A DNA stretch of 64,000 nt. Source: an uncultured Gemmatimonadaceae bacterium. Lineage in GTDB: Bacteria > Gemmatimonadota > Gemmatimonadetes > Gemmatimonadales > Gemmatimonadaceae. Positions 37,098-47,333 of this stretch are shown here, piece by piece. Location of the stretch: positions 128,001 to 192,000 of the forward strand of contig CAVXGK010000001.1 of the NCBI GenBank assembly GCA_963761305.1, written 5' to 3'. Every line of letters begins with the position of its first letter. Positions within the stretch are counted from its first letter, which is position 1. The notes under the pieces were generated by a model. It searched no databases. It saw only the letters and a program-made list of their open reading frames with translations, and had not been told where the DNA came from. The position numbers were made by a program, and so were the translations under genes.

Positions 37098-37865
37098 GTG
37101 CGATTCACCACGCTCGGCACCGGAACCATCTCGCTGTCGCCGGCGCGCAGTTGCGCGGGTTATCTGCTCGAGACGCCCGACGTGCGGCTCCTCGTCGACT
37201 GCGGGTCCGGAATCACTCGGCGACTCGCCGAGCTCGGTGCGTCGTGGCAGACGATCACGCACGTCGCGATCACGCACTTTCACATCGACCATCACGGCGA
37301 CCTGCCGTCGCTGATCTTCGCCTGGAAGTACGGCTTTCTGCCGCCGCGCTCCGCGCCGGTGGACATCATCGGACCGGTGGGAACGGCCGACCTGTTCGCG
37401 CGGCTCGCCGCGGCGTACGGCGACTGGGTGACGGCGCCGGGCTTCCCGCTCACCATTCGAGAGATCGGCGCGGCGGACACGTTCTCGCTCCCCGGCGGCC
37501 TGCGCCTGACGTGCCATCCCGTTCCGCACACGCCGGAGAGCGTGGCATATTCCATGGAGCGCGGGGGGCGGCGGATCGTCTACACGGGCGACACCGGACC
37601 GTCGGAAGCGCTTGGAGTGTGGGCCCGAGGGTGCGATCTGCTCGTCTGTGAATGCTCGTTGCCGACGGGCATGAACATCCCCGAGCATCTCACGCCGGAG
37701 CAATGCGGCGAGCTCGCCGCCGTGGCGGCGCCAAAGCACCTGGCGCTGACGCATTTTTACCCGCCCGTCGAGCAGGTCGACGTTCGCGCGCTCGTCGGCG
37801 CGCGCTTCGCCGGTCCGGTCACGCTCGCGCGCGACGGGTGGTACTTCGACTTCGAGGACGCGTAA
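37098..37865 (+). CDS. MBL-fold hydrolase, ribonuclease Z/BN family
   Basis: [43 protein letters not shown]. Confidence 0.88.
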   Translation: MRFTTLGTGTISLSPARSCAGYLLETPDVRLLVDCGSGITRRLAELGASWQTITHVAITHFHIDHHGDLPSLIFAWKYGFLPPRSAPVDIIGPVGTADLFARLAAAYGDWVTAPGFPLTIREIGAADTFSLPGGLRLTCHPVPHTPESVAYSMERGGRRIVYTGDTGPSEALGVWARGCDLLVCECSLPTGMNIPEHLTPEQCGELAAVAAPKHLALTHFYPPVEQVDVRALVGARFAGPVTLARDGWYFDFEDA

Positions 37866-38908
37866 TGCTGGTCGTGATGCAGAACCACGCGACGCAGGAT
37901 CAGATCGACCGCGTCGTCAAAACGATCGAGGAGATGGGCTATGCCGCTCGGCCGATGCCGGGCGAGACGCGCATCGCCATCGGACTCGTCGGCAACGACG
38001 GACGCGTCGACAGCTCGCGCGTCGAGGCGCTGCCGGGCGTCGCCGAGATCATTCACGTCAGCAAGCCCTACAAGCAGGTCTCGCGCGAATGGCGCGAGGA
38101 AAACACGCTCGTCACGATCGCGCCCGGCGTCACGTTCGGCGGCAACGACGTGCAGATCATCGCCGGGCCGTGCTCCGTCGAATCCGAGGAACAGATCATC
38201 GCCGCGGCGCATGCAGTGCGCGCGGCCGGCGCCACGGCGCTGCGAGGCGGCGCGTTCAAGCCGCGCAGCTCCCCGTATGCGTTTCAGGGACTCGGCAAAA
38301 AAGGCCTCGAGCTGCTCGCGCTCGCGCGCCGCGAGACCGGGTTGCCGGTCGTGACCGAAGCGCTCGACGAGGAGGGAGCGCACCTCGTGGCCGAGTACGG
38401 AGATTGCATTCAGATCGGTGCGCGGAACATGCAGAACTATTCCCTGCTCCGCGCCGTCGGGCGCATCAACAAACCCGTGCTGCTCAAGCGAGGCATGGCG
38501 GCGACGATCACCGAATTGCTCATGAGTGCTGAGTACATCCTGGCCGAAGGCAACGGTCAGGTGATTCTCTGCGAGCGCGGCATTCGGAGCTTCGATACGA
38601 TGACGCGAAATCTCTTCGACCTCACGGCCGTTCCGCTCGTCCAGCGGCTGTCGCATTTGCCGATGATCGCGGATCCCAGCCACGGAACCGGATTGCGCGA
38701 CAAGGTGATCCCCATGGCGCGCGCGGCGGTAGCGGCCGGTGCCGACGGTGTGATCGTCGAGGTGCATCCGACGCCCGATCGCGCGTTGTCCGACGGCGCG
38801 CAATCGCTGTATCCAGAGCAGTTTGCGCGTTTGGTGACCGAGCTCCGCGCCATCAGCGCGGCCATCGGCCGGGCGGTGGCGGGAACGCCCGTCACGGCGG
38901 ACGTGTAG
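37865..38908 (+). CDS. aroF: 3-deoxy-7-phosphoheptulonate synthase (class I-beta, N-terminal regulatory domain)
   Basis: [58 protein letters not shown]. Confidence 0.96.
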   Translation: MLVVMQNHATQDQIDRVVKTIEEMGYAARPMPGETRIAIGLVGNDGRVDSSRVEALPGVAEIIHVSKPYKQVSREWREENTLVTIAPGVTFGGNDVQIIAGPCSVESEEQIIAAAHAVRAAGATALRGGAFKPRSSPYAFQGLGKKGLELLALARRETGLPVVTEALDEEGAHLVAEYGDCIQIGARNMQNYSLLRAVGRINKPVLLKRGMAATITELLMSAEYILAEGNGQVILCERGIRSFDTMTRNLFDLTAVPLVQRLSHLPMIADPSHGTGLRDKVIPMARAAVAAGADGVIVEVHPTPDRALSDGAQSLYPEQFARLVTELRAISAAIGRAVAGTPVTADV

Positions 38909-38916
38909 GAATCTTC

Positions 38917-39585
38917 ATGCGAATCCCACTCGCCGCAGTAGTCGCCATCGCCCTCGCGGGCGTCACCAGCGCGGCGCGCGCGCAGTCGGTCGACGCAACG
39001 ATCGACCGAGCCGCGGCCGCGTGGTCCAAGATCAAGACCGTGCGCGGCACGTTCGAGCAAACGGTCGCGAACCAGCTCACCGGCTCGACGGCCACGTCGC
39101 GCGGTGAATACGCGCAAGACCGGCCGAATTTGTTGTCGATCCGATTCACGCAGCCGGCGTCCGACGCGATCGTCTCCGACGGCAAGATCGTGTGGGTGTA
39201 CCTCCCGAGCTCGGCGCCGGGACAGGTGATCAAGCGATCGGCGACGGATCGCAGTCAGACGCCGATCGATCTCACCGGCACGTTCCTCGACGCGCCGCGC
39301 ACGAAGTACGACATCAGCGCGGCGGCGGGAAAGACGGTGGACGGACACGCGGCGCACGGGCTGGCGCTCGTGCCGAAGACCGGCGTGAGCGCGCCGTTCA
39401 CCAAGGCGACCGTCTGGGTCGACGACGACGACGCGTACATTCGCGAATTCGACGTGACCGAATCGAGCGGTGTCTCGCGGCACGTGCATCTCACCACGAT
39501 CGCGCCGAACGTACAGCTGCCGAAGACGTTGTTCGAGTTTTCGGTGCCCGCCGGCGCGAAGGTCATCGACCAGACCAAGCCGTAG
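38917..39585 (+). CDS. lolA: Outer-membrane lipoprotein carrier protein LolA
   Basis: Signal peptide, GTFEQT, RP motif (DRPN), [22 protein letters not shown]. Confidence 0.85.
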   Translation: MRIPLAAVVAIALAGVTSAARAQSVDATIDRAAAAWSKIKTVRGTFEQTVANQLTGSTATSRGEYAQDRPNLLSIRFTQPASDAIVSDGKIVWVYLPSSAPGQVIKRSATDRSQTPIDLTGTFLDAPRTKYDISAAAGKTVDGHAAHGLALVPKTGVSAPFTKATVWVDDDDAYIREFDVTESSGVSRHVHLTTIAPNVQLPKTLFEFSVPAGAKVIDQTKP

Positions 39586-39614
39586 AGCGGTGGACCCGTG
39601 GACCGCGCTAGCGG

Positions 39615-40277
39615 CTACGGCGTCGTCGTAAACTCGTCGGGCCACCGTTCGGCAAGCGCGCCGATCACGCGTGCGAACACCTCGCGCTCCGTTCCTCGAG
39701 CGTCGAGTGAGACGATCGGGCCGCACTCGGGGTGATGGCGCTGCCATGCGGCCGATGAGAATTCATCGAATGCTCGCGCGACTCGCTCGTGAAAAGCGAC
39801 GGCGGCGCGCTCCATCCGGTCGTGTCCGCCGCGATCCAGCGCGCGGGCGAGGCCGTCTTCCACGGGCAGCGTCAACAACAGCGTGAAATCGGGCACGAGC
39901 CCGCCGGTCGCAATCGCGTTCGCGGTACGTAGCTCGTCCTCGGGAATGCCGCGCCCACGCCCTTGATAGGCGTACGTCGAGAGAAAGAATCGATCGAGGA
40001 GCACGATCGAGCCGCAGTCGAGCGCCGGCTGAATCGCCCGCTCGACGAGCTCCGCGCGCGACGCCATGAACAGCAGCGCTTCCGCGCGCGGCGTGATGTC
40101 CGAGGCGGGGTCGAGCAGCACGCGACGGATCTCGTCGCCGACGCCCGTGCCGCCCGGCTCACGCATCGTGAGCATGTCGCGGCCGCGCGCGCCCAGCCAA
40201 TCGGCGAGACGCTTGAGTTGCGTGCTCTTGCCCGCGCCCTCCGCCCCCTCGAAAACGATGAGCAGGCCGCGCGGCAT
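39615..40277 (-). CDS. tmk: Thymidylate kinase
   Basis: [39 protein letters not shown]. Confidence 0.96.
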   Translation of the reverse strand: MPRGLLIVFEGAEGAGKSTQLKRLADWLGARGRDMLTMREPGGTGVGDEIRRVLLDPASDITPRAEALLFMASRAELVERAIQPALDCGSIVLLDRFFLSTYAYQGRGRGIPEDELRTANAIATGGLVPDFTLLLTLPVEDGLARALDRGGHDRMERAAVAFHERVARAFDEFSSAAWQRHHPECGPIVSLDARGTEREVFARVIGALAERWPDEFTTTP

Positions 40278-40281
40278 GGCG

Positions 40282-40635
40282 TCAGCTGAGCGTGATGATC
40301 GGGCTCGCCGCGCCCTTCTCGAGACCGTCCAGAATCCAATCGTTCACGCGCGCCATCGTCTTGTCGAAATTCTCCTGCGCGACGAGCAGACGCTGATACG
40401 TCTGGCGTCCCTGGATCTGGCCAAGCAGCGTGTCGAGCTCCTTCTCCATCGCCTCCGTCGGGCGCTCGCCGCGCGCCAGCATGCGCTGCGCGTCCACCCG
40501 CAGTTGCTCCATCTTCTGGAGCAGCACGACGGTGTCCTTGTCCTCGTTGAGCGCGTCGCCGGCGCGCTTCACTTCCTTATACTCGTTGCTCTGCCCGATC
40601 AACCGGCCGAGGTCCTTGGCTTTGTCTTCGATCAT
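40282..40635 (-). CDS. YlbF/YmcA-family helical protein
   Basis: MIEDKAKDLGRLIGQSNEY...LLVAQENF..MARVN..I pattern; GAGG SD. Confidence 0.75.
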   Translation of the reverse strand: MIEDKAKDLGRLIGQSNEYKEVKRAGDALNEDKDTVVLLQKMEQLRVDAQRMLARGERPTEAMEKELDTLLGQIQGRQTYQRLLVAQENFDKTMARVNDWILDGLEKGAASPIITLS

Positions 40636-40664
40636 CGGTCCCTCGGAGGGGTGGGGGTCGGAGG

Positions 40665-41549
40665 TTAGTCGATTCGCCGCGCGAGCACGAATCGCTCGCG
40701 ACCGGCGAGATCCAGTTCTACTCGAACGTCGTGGAATCGCCGCTCGTTGGCGACGAGCTCGGCGGCGAGCGACGCGCGCCGCGCGTCGACTTCGACGGCG
40801 AACAAGCCATCCGGCTCGAGCACCGCCGCCGCCTGGCGCACAAGCCGCGCCGTGGTGGACAACCCGTCGGCGCCGCTGAACAATGCCGCCGCCGGTTCCC
40901 AGCTTCGTACGCTCGCCGGCAGCGACTCCGCGTCGCCGAGCGCGATGTAGGGCGGATTCGACACGACCACGCGGCAGCGCACGTCGAGCAACGGCGCGAG
41001 TAACGAGCCGTGCACAAGATCGATATGAGCGCGCAGTGACGCGCGGGCCGCGGCTACGTTCTTGCGCGCCACCGCGAGTGCGTCGAGCGAGATGTCGGTC
41101 CCGTAGACGCGCGAGAGACGCGACTCGGTGGCGAGCGCGAGCGCGATGCATCCGGAGCCGGTGCCCGCGTCGATCGCCACGCCGCCGCGCTCGTCGCCGA
41201 GCTCCTCGAGCACGAGATCCACGAGGTGTTCGGTCTCCGGACGCGGAATGAGCACGCGCTCGTCGACGTCCAGCGTGAGGTGCCTGAAGTTCGCCCGGCC
41301 GACGGCGTAGGCGAACGGTGCGCCCTGTGCGCGCCGTTCGACGGCGAGCTTGGCCCGGGCGCGAATCTCGTCGTTCACTTCGACGTGGCCGTTGGTGAGC
41401 GACCAGAACCGCGGCACGTCGAACAGCGCCGCGACGATTTCGCGCGATTCCGACACGGGCTCGGCGATCCCGCACTCGTCGAGGACTCGCGCGAGCTCGT
41501 CGGCGAGCCGCGCCACCGTGCGCGCCTTGGTGAGCCCGTCGGTGGTCAC
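40665..41549 (-). CDS. prmC: Release factor glutamine methyltransferase
   Basis: [26 protein letters not shown]; directly downstream of prfA. Confidence 0.96.
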   Translation of the reverse strand: MTTDGLTKARTVARLADELARVLDECGIAEPVSESREIVAALFDVPRFWSLTNGHVEVNDEIRARAKLAVERRAQGAPFAYAVGRANFRHLTLDVDERVLIPRPETEHLVDLVLEELGDERGGVAIDAGTGSGCIALALATESRLSRVYGTDISLDALAVARKNVAAARASLRAHIDLVHGSLLAPLLDVRCRVVVSNPPYIALGDAESLPASVRSWEPAAALFSGADGLSTTARLVRQAAAVLEPDGLFAVEVDARRASLAAELVANERRFHDVRVELDLAGRERFVLARRID

Positions 41550-42628
41550 GCGTGATTTCCGTCGCCGTCGCCGCCGAGCTGTTCTTCGACGTCGGCCAGC
41601 TTGAGTGCTTCGATCACCGGCGCGATCTCGCCGTCCATGAATCGCTGCAGATCGTGCGTCGTCCACCCGATGCGGTGGTCGGTCACGCGGCTCTGCGGAA
41701 AGTTGTACGTCCGAATCTTGGCCGAGCGGTCGCCGGTGCCGACTTGCGTGCGGCGCATGCGAGCGCGCTCGGCCTCCTGCTGCGCCACGCGCAGATCGAG
41801 CAACCGCGCGCGCAGCACTTCCATCGCCTTGAGCTTGTTCTGTAGCTGCGACTTTTGGTCCTGCTGGCTGACTACGAGGCCGCTCGGCAGATGGGTGATG
41901 CGGACCGCCGAGTCCGTCGTGTTCACGCTCTGGCCGCCGGGGCCGGACGCTCGGAAGACGTCGATGCGGATGTCCTTGTCTTCGATCTTGACGTCCACTT
42001 CCTCGGCTTCGGGCAGCACCGCGACGGTCGCCGCCGAGGTGTGAATGCGTCCCTGGTTTTCGGTCGCCGGAACGCGCTGCACGCGGTGCACGCCGGACTC
42101 CCGCCGCATCGAGCCGTAGGGCGAGTCCCCAGACACCTTGAATACGACTTCTTTGGTGCCGCCGAGCGTGCCGTCGGAGAGCGACATGACCTCGAGCTTC
42201 CAGCCGTGTCTCTCGCAGAAGCGCGTGTACATGCGATAGAGGTCGGCGGCGAAGAGCGCGGCCTCGTCGCCGCCCGTGCCGGCGCGGATTTCGACGATCG
42301 CGTTGCGGTCGTCGAGCGGGTCGCGCGGGAGGAGCTCGCGGGTGAGCGATGTCTCGAGGTCGGCGATGATCGGCTCGAGGCGCCCGATTTCCGCCCGCGC
42401 CTCGGCGGCGAGCTCGGGGTCGTCGAACGAAACGAGCTCGCGCGCCTGCGCGAGCTCGTTTTCGGCGCGTTCGAACCGCGCGCCCATCTCGACGATCGGT
42501 GTCAGCCGCCGATGTTCACGCCCCAGCTCGGCAAACTGGCTGGGGTTCAGCGCTCCCGGGTTGGCGAGCGCATTCTCGACCTCTTTCGCGCGGGCGAGAG
42601 CGGCCGCCAACCGATCGCGGAGGGCCAG
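41546..42628 (-). CDS. prfA: Peptide chain release factor 1
   Basis: [19 protein letters not shown] (PxT motif), GPGGQ, RTYNFPQ. Start is CTG 42628 or TTG 42610. Confidence 0.96.
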   Translation of the reverse strand: MALRDRLAAALARAKEVENALANPGALNPSQFAELGREHRRLTPIVEMGARFERAENELAQARELVSFDDPELAAEARAEIGRLEPIIADLETSLTRELLPRDPLDDRNAIVEIRAGTGGDEAALFAADLYRMYTRFCERHGWKLEVMSLSDGTLGGTKEVVFKVSGDSPYGSMRRESGVHRVQRVPATENQGRIHTSAATVAVLPEAEEVDVKIEDKDIRIDVFRASGPGGQSVNTTDSAVRITHLPSGLVVSQQDQKSQLQNKLKAMEVLRARLLDLRVAQQEAERARMRRTQVGTGDRSAKIRTYNFPQSRVTDHRIGWTTHDLQRFMDGEIAPVIEALKLADVEEQLGGDGDGNHA

Positions 42629-42640
42629 ACGAACCGAGCC

Positions 42641-42847
42641 TCAGGTCGACTGTTTCGCGAACTTCTGTCGGAAGCGCTCGACGCGTCCGGCCGTGTCGAC
42701 GAGACGCTGCTTGCCCGTGAAAAACGGGTGGCACTGCGAGCAGACGTCGGTATGAATTTCGGCCTGCGTGGATCGCGTGAGAAACGTGTTGCCGCAGGCA
42801 CACTTGACGGTGGCCGTGGCGTATTCAGGATGGATATCGGATTTCAT
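42641..42847 (-). CDS. rpmE: 50S ribosomal protein bL31 (Zn-binding type A)
   Basis: [30 protein letters not shown]. Confidence 0.98.
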   Translation of the reverse strand: MKSDIHPEYATATVKCACGNTFLTRSTQAEIHTDVCSQCHPFFTGKQRLVDTAGRVERFRQKFAKQST

Positions 42848-42990
42848 GATACGTCTCGTTCAGTGGAACCTCGATGGCGCCGAAGCGCGGAGCACGGACG
42901 TGCCCGGCAACCTTCGACCGCGAGCAGTTCCGGTATGTCGTAGCCTGATAAATATAAATAAACCAAGGCGTTGCGGGAACCGGCAAAGTA

Positions 42991-43084
42991 GCGCCCTTTG
43001 GCGTTGCGCCGTTGGGCGTCGCGCCGTTTGGGCGTCGCGCCGTTTGGGCGTCGCGCCCTTTGGCCGTCCCGCCGTTTGGCGGTT
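42991..43084. repeat. Six tandem 15-16-bp palindromic units (GCGCCGTTTGGGCGTC)
   Basis: Read directly from the rpmE/Crp divergent intergenic region; no spacers between units. Confidence 0.9.
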
Positions 43085-43143
43085 TGGAAGTTCGCCCCAT
43101 CCGTACTAACTTCGCCAGAATACCCATTTCTTCCCACGCGAAC

Positions 43144-43824
43144 GTGACCACCACGACCGTAGACTTTCTCGCAACCGTCCAGCTGTTCAACGGGCTCGAT
43201 CGGGCCGAACTCCAGCGGTTCGCCGACCTGACCCGCGAGCGGTTCTATCCGCGCGGCAGCGTGATCCTGTTCGAGAACGACCCGGGCGACTCGTTGTTCG
43301 TCGTGCGCCAGGGACGCGTGAAGGTCGTGCTCATCGGCGAAGACGGGCGTGAAGTGATCCTCGGCGTGCTGGGCGTGGGTGAACATTTCGGCGAGCTGTC
43401 GCTGATCGACGACCGCCCGCGGTCGGCGCACGTGATCGCGATGGACGACGCCCATCTGCTCGTATTGCGGCGCGAGGATTTTCGAAAGCGGGTCGATTCG
43501 TCACCTGCCGTCGCGTGGGCGCTCCTCAGCGAGCTCTCACGCCGGTTGCGCCGCGCCGACGAGAAGATCGGCGGACTCGTGCTGCTGGACGTGCCCGGGC
43601 GCATCGCCCGGCTGCTGCTCGATCTCGCCGAAGAGATGGGGAGCGACACGATCGACAAGCCGTTGACACATCAGACGATCGCGCAGATGATCGGCGCGAG
43701 CCGCGAGACCGTGTCCCGCGCCATGAAGGATTTCCAGGACGCGAACTGGGTGACCGTCGAACACCGCCGCATCACACTGGCGGACCGCCCGGCGCTCGAG
43801 GCTCGCGCACAGGCCAAACTCTAG
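43144..43824 (+). CDS. Crp/Fnr-family transcriptional regulator (cNMP-binding)
   Basis: GRVKV, FGELSLID..PRSA, LTHQTIAQMIGASRETVSR HTH. Confidence 0.95.
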   Translation: MTTTTVDFLATVQLFNGLDRAELQRFADLTRERFYPRGSVILFENDPGDSLFVVRQGRVKVVLIGEDGREVILGVLGVGEHFGELSLIDDRPRSAHVIAMDDAHLLVLRREDFRKRVDSSPAVAWALLSELSRRLRRADEKIGGLVLLDVPGRIARLLLDLAEEMGSDTIDKPLTHQTIAQMIGASRETVSRAMKDFQDANWVTVEHRRITLADRPALEARAQAKL

Positions 43825-43854
43825 CCCCGCTCGCCCGAACGGAGTCGAGCGCCC

Positions 43855-44727
43855 ATGTCGCTGCGTTTGCGGTTCTGGGGCACGCGGGGGTCGGTTCCGA
43901 CGCCAGGACCGCACACCGTGCGCTACGGCGGGAATACGCCGTGCGTCGAAGTCCGTACTTCGACGAACGCCCTCGTCATCCTCGACGCCGGCACCGGCAT
44001 CCGCGAGCTCGGGCAGTCGCTCCTCGACGGCGCGAACGGTTCGCCGATCACCGCCGACATCTTTCTCACGCACGCGCACTGGGATCACATCCAGGGTATT
44101 CCGTTTTTCGCGCCGATCTTCGAGCGCGGCAACCAGTTCACGTTCTGGGGCGCGACCACGCTGCGCGCCAACGTCGGCCGCGTCGTGCGCGACCAGATGT
44201 CGCCGGTGGTGTTTCCGGTGACGTTCGATTCCCTGCTGGCGCGCGTCGAGTTCGCCGAGCTCACCGACGGTCCGCACGTCGGCGACGGGTACTCGATCTC
44301 CGCGTTCGTGCTGCATCACCCGGGCGGCGCGCTGGCGTACCGCGTGACCGACACGTCTCCGGGCGGCAAGTCGTTCGTGCACGTATCGGACAACGAGCTC
44401 GCCCCCCACGCGAGCTACGGCGAAGATCCCGGATGGCGCGACCGACTCGTCGCGTTCGTCCGCGGCGCGACGACGCTGGTGCACGACGCGAGCTACACGC
44501 CGGACGAGTACGAGCACCATCGCGGCTGGGGGCATTCGACGTACGACGACGCCGTGCAGTTGGCGCTCGACAGTGGCGTCGAGGAGCTGGTGCTGTTTCA
44601 TCACAAGCCGGAACGTGACGACGACGATCTGGACGTTCGCTTGGGCGAATGTCGCGCGACGGTGGCGCGGCGCGGTGCGTCGCTCCGCGTGACCGCGTCG
44701 GCCGAAGGAATGACGCTCGCGGTGTAG
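43855..44727 (+). CDS. MBL-fold metallo-hydrolase (phosphodiesterase-like)
   Basis: FWGTRGSVPTPG, YGGNTPC, LDAGTG, LTHAHWDHIQG, HHPGG, SDNE, WGHS, LFHHKP. Confidence 0.9.
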   Translation: MSLRLRFWGTRGSVPTPGPHTVRYGGNTPCVEVRTSTNALVILDAGTGIRELGQSLLDGANGSPITADIFLTHAHWDHIQGIPFFAPIFERGNQFTFWGATTLRANVGRVVRDQMSPVVFPVTFDSLLARVEFAELTDGPHVGDGYSISAFVLHHPGGALAYRVTDTSPGGKSFVHVSDNELAPHASYGEDPGWRDRLVAFVRGATTLVHDASYTPDEYEHHRGWGHSTYDDAVQLALDSGVEELVLFHHKPERDDDDLDVRLGECRATVARRGASLRVTASAEGMTLAV

Positions 44728-44728
44728 C

Positions 44729-45436
44729 GTGCGCTTCGCGCCGCTGGGCGACCGCGCCGTCATGATCACGCTCGGCGCGACGATCGACGAAACCACGCAC
44801 CGTCTGGTTCGCAGCGCGTCGGCGCGGATCGATCGCAACCCGCCGGCCGGATTCGTCGACCAGGTGCCGGCGTTCACGAGCATCGCCGTGCACTACGATC
44901 CGGTCGTCGCCGCGCACGGCGCGCGAACGTCGCCGTATGCGCGCGTCGTCGACGAGCTCACGGCGGCGCTCGACGGGCTCACCGCGGAACAGCTTCCGCC
45001 GGCGAGGGTCGTCGAGATTCCCGTGTGCTACGGCGGCACGTTCGGCCCCGACCTCGACGACGTCGCGCAAGCGCACGAGATCGCGAGCGACGAAGTGGTG
45101 CGGCTGCACACCGGCGGCAACTACCTCGTCTACATGGTCGGTTTCATGCCGGGCTTCGCGTACCTCGGCGGATTGCCGACGACGCTCGCCACGCCGCGGC
45201 GCAAGACGCCGCGCACCGTCGTACCGGCGGGGACCGTCGGCATCGGCGGCAGCCAGACCGGCGTCTACCCGCTCGACTCACCCGGCGGGTGGAACCTGAT
45301 CGGCAAGACGCCGCTCGCCGTCTTTGACATCGCGCGGCCGGAGCCCGCGCTTCTGGCGACTGGCGACCGCGTGCGCTTTCGCGCGATCACCGAAGCACAG
45401 TTTCGAAATTGGTCTCCAGACCCAACACCGTCGTGA
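44729..45436 (+). CDS. pxpB: 5-oxoprolinase subunit B
   Basis: PLGDRA, IPVCYGG.FGPDL, GFMPGFAYL, GTVGIGG.QTGVYP..SPGGWNLIG. Confidence 0.93.
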   Translation: MRFAPLGDRAVMITLGATIDETTHRLVRSASARIDRNPPAGFVDQVPAFTSIAVHYDPVVAAHGARTSPYARVVDELTAALDGLTAEQLPPARVVEIPVCYGGTFGPDLDDVAQAHEIASDEVVRLHTGGNYLVYMVGFMPGFAYLGGLPTTLATPRRKTPRTVVPAGTVGIGGSQTGVYPLDSPGGWNLIGKTPLAVFDIARPEPALLATGDRVRFRAITEAQFRNWSPDPTPS

Positions 45437-46443
45437 GCGCCCGCGTCGTGAGCGGCGGGCTCCAGACGACTGTCCAGGATCTCGGGAGACCGCGAACGCA
45501 GCGCCACGCCGTGCCAGTGTGTGGCGCGATGGACACGATGGCGCTCCGCATCGCGAACCTGCTGGTGGGAAACGACGAGGGCGCCGCCGCGCTCGAAACG
45601 ACGTTGATCGGGCCCGCGCTCGAGTTCGACGCGCCGACGCTGATCTCGATCGCCGGCGCCGATCTCAGCGCGACCATCGACTCGGTGCCGATCGGCAGGT
45701 GGCGTGCGGCGCTCGCCCCGGCCGGATCGACGCTTCGATTCGGGCGCCCCGAGGCGGGATGTCGCGCGTACGTCGCGATCGGCGGCGGCATCGACGTGCC
45801 CGCCGTGTTCGACAGCCGTTCGACGTATCTGCGCGCGTCGTTCGGCGGCGTCGACGGCCGCGCGCTGCGCGATGGCGACGAGCTTCATTTCGGCGCGCCG
45901 TCGCCGCTGTCGCGACACATCGCCGATTCGCTGCACGTCGAAGGCGGCGTGCCGGCCGTGGCACACTGGTTCGCGGGCGTCACGCTGCGTCCCGCCTACA
46001 CGACCGAGCCGATCGTTCGCCTGATTCCCGGCGCCCACACCGACGCACTCGACGCCGTGTCGCGCACGGCGTTGTTTAGCGACCGATTTCGCGTGTCGGC
46101 AAGCTCGGATCGCATGGGCTATCGCATCGAGGGTCCGCAGCTGCAGTTGCACGAGCGAATCGAGATCCTCTCCGAAGGCGTGACGTTCGGCACGGTGCAA
46201 CTTCCGCCCGGCGGCGCGCCGATCATCCTCATGGCCGACGGGCAGACAACGGGCGGTTATCCGCGCATTGGCGAAGTCGCGTCGGTCGACTTGCCGCTCA
46301 TCGCGCAGCTCAAGCCGGGCGACCACGTGCGATTCACGCAGGTCTCGCTCGACGACGCGCAGGAGCTGTACCTTGAGCGCGAGAACGAGCTGACCCAGAT
46401 GAAGGTCGGGTTGGCGTTTCGCTTTTCACGGAGCGGGCGATGA
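45433..46443 (+). CDS. pxpC: 5-oxoprolinase subunit C
   Basis: TTVQDLGR, GAMD, ANLLVGN, SDRMGYR, GTVQLP, ADGQTTGGYP. Confidence 0.93.
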   Translation: MSARVVSGGLQTTVQDLGRPRTQRHAVPVCGAMDTMALRIANLLVGNDEGAAALETTLIGPALEFDAPTLISIAGADLSATIDSVPIGRWRAALAPAGSTLRFGRPEAGCRAYVAIGGGIDVPAVFDSRSTYLRASFGGVDGRALRDGDELHFGAPSPLSRHIADSLHVEGGVPAVAHWFAGVTLRPAYTTEPIVRLIPGAHTDALDAVSRTALFSDRFRVSASSDRMGYRIEGPQLQLHERIEILSEGVTFGTVQLPPGGAPIILMADGQTTGGYPRIGEVASVDLPLIAQLKPGDHVRFTQVSLDDAQELYLERENELTQMKVGLAFRFSRSGR

Positions 46444-47219
46444 CGCTGCAGGTCGATCTGAACTGCGACATGGGCGAGAGCTTCGGCGCGTACACCATCG
46501 GGGCCGACGACGCCGTGTTTCCGTTCATCACGTCGGCGAACGTCGCCTGCGGCTACCACGGCGGCGACCCGTCGGTGATGCGCGCGACCATCGCGCACGC
46601 CAAGGAGCGCGGCGTCGCCGTCGGTGCGCACCCGGGCTTTCAGGATCTCATCGGCTTCGGCCGCCGCCCGATGGACGTCACGCCCTCGGAGGCGTACGAC
46701 CTCGTCGTGTATCAAGTCGGCGCGCTGATGGGCTTCGCCCGCGCCGCGCAGATCGAGTTGCAGCACGTGAAGGCGCACGGCGCGCTGTACAACATGGCGG
46801 CGGTGAATCGCGACCTCGCGTCGGCGATCGCGCGCGCGACGGCCGACGTCGACCGCGGCCTCGTGTTGTTCGGTCTTCCCGGCAGCCACCTGGTGAGCGA
46901 AGGCGAGAAGGCGGGCCTCCGCACGGCGTCGGAGGCGTTCGCCGATCGCAACTACATGCCCGACGGTTCGCTCGTGTCGCGACGTCGCCCGGACGCGCAC
47001 GTCCACGACGCGGACGAAGCCGTGCGCCGGGCGATTCGAATGGTCAAGGAAGGTCGCGTGCGCGCGGCGGACGGAACCGACGTGGCACTCCGCGCCGACA
47101 CGATCTGCATTCACGGCGACGGGCCGCATGCGGCGGAATTCGCGCGCCGGTTGCGGTCGGACTTCGAGGCCGAAGGGATCGCCGTTCGCCCGCCGGGGCG
47201 CACACTGAGGAACGGGTGA
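46440..47219 (+). CDS. pxpA: 5-oxoprolinase subunit A (LamB/YcsF)
   Basis: DLNCDMGESFG, SANVACGYHGGDP, GAHPG, HVKAHGALYN, EAFADR, TICIHGD. Confidence 0.95.
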   Translation: MTLQVDLNCDMGESFGAYTIGADDAVFPFITSANVACGYHGGDPSVMRATIAHAKERGVAVGAHPGFQDLIGFGRRPMDVTPSEAYDLVVYQVGALMGFARAAQIELQHVKAHGALYNMAAVNRDLASAIARATADVDRGLVLFGLPGSHLVSEGEKAGLRTASEAFADRNYMPDGSLVSRRRPDAHVHDADEAVRRAIRMVKEGRVRAADGTDVALRADTICIHGDGPHAAEFARRLRSDFEAEGIAVRPPGRTLRNG

Positions 47220-47333
47220 GGAGGCGGAGTGCGGTGACGTGGTTATGAGTGAGGAGGCGGAGTCCGGTGATCTCCGCACACCGCCCCCGCTCTCGTCCCA
47301 GGTCTCCGCACACCGTCTCCGTACTCCTCTCAC
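47216..47333. repeat. Nested direct/inverted repeats between convergent genes
   Basis: GTGAGGAGGCGGAGT(G/C)CGGTGA x2 (47216, 47249) and TCTCCGCACACCG x2 (47271, 47303). Confidence 0.8.

Noticed and set aside
42991..43084. CRISPR array (also considered for 27403-27597 and 47216-47333)
   Set aside because: Units are 8-22 bp, either directly tandem or present in only two copies, with no unique ~30-bp spacers and no cas genes.
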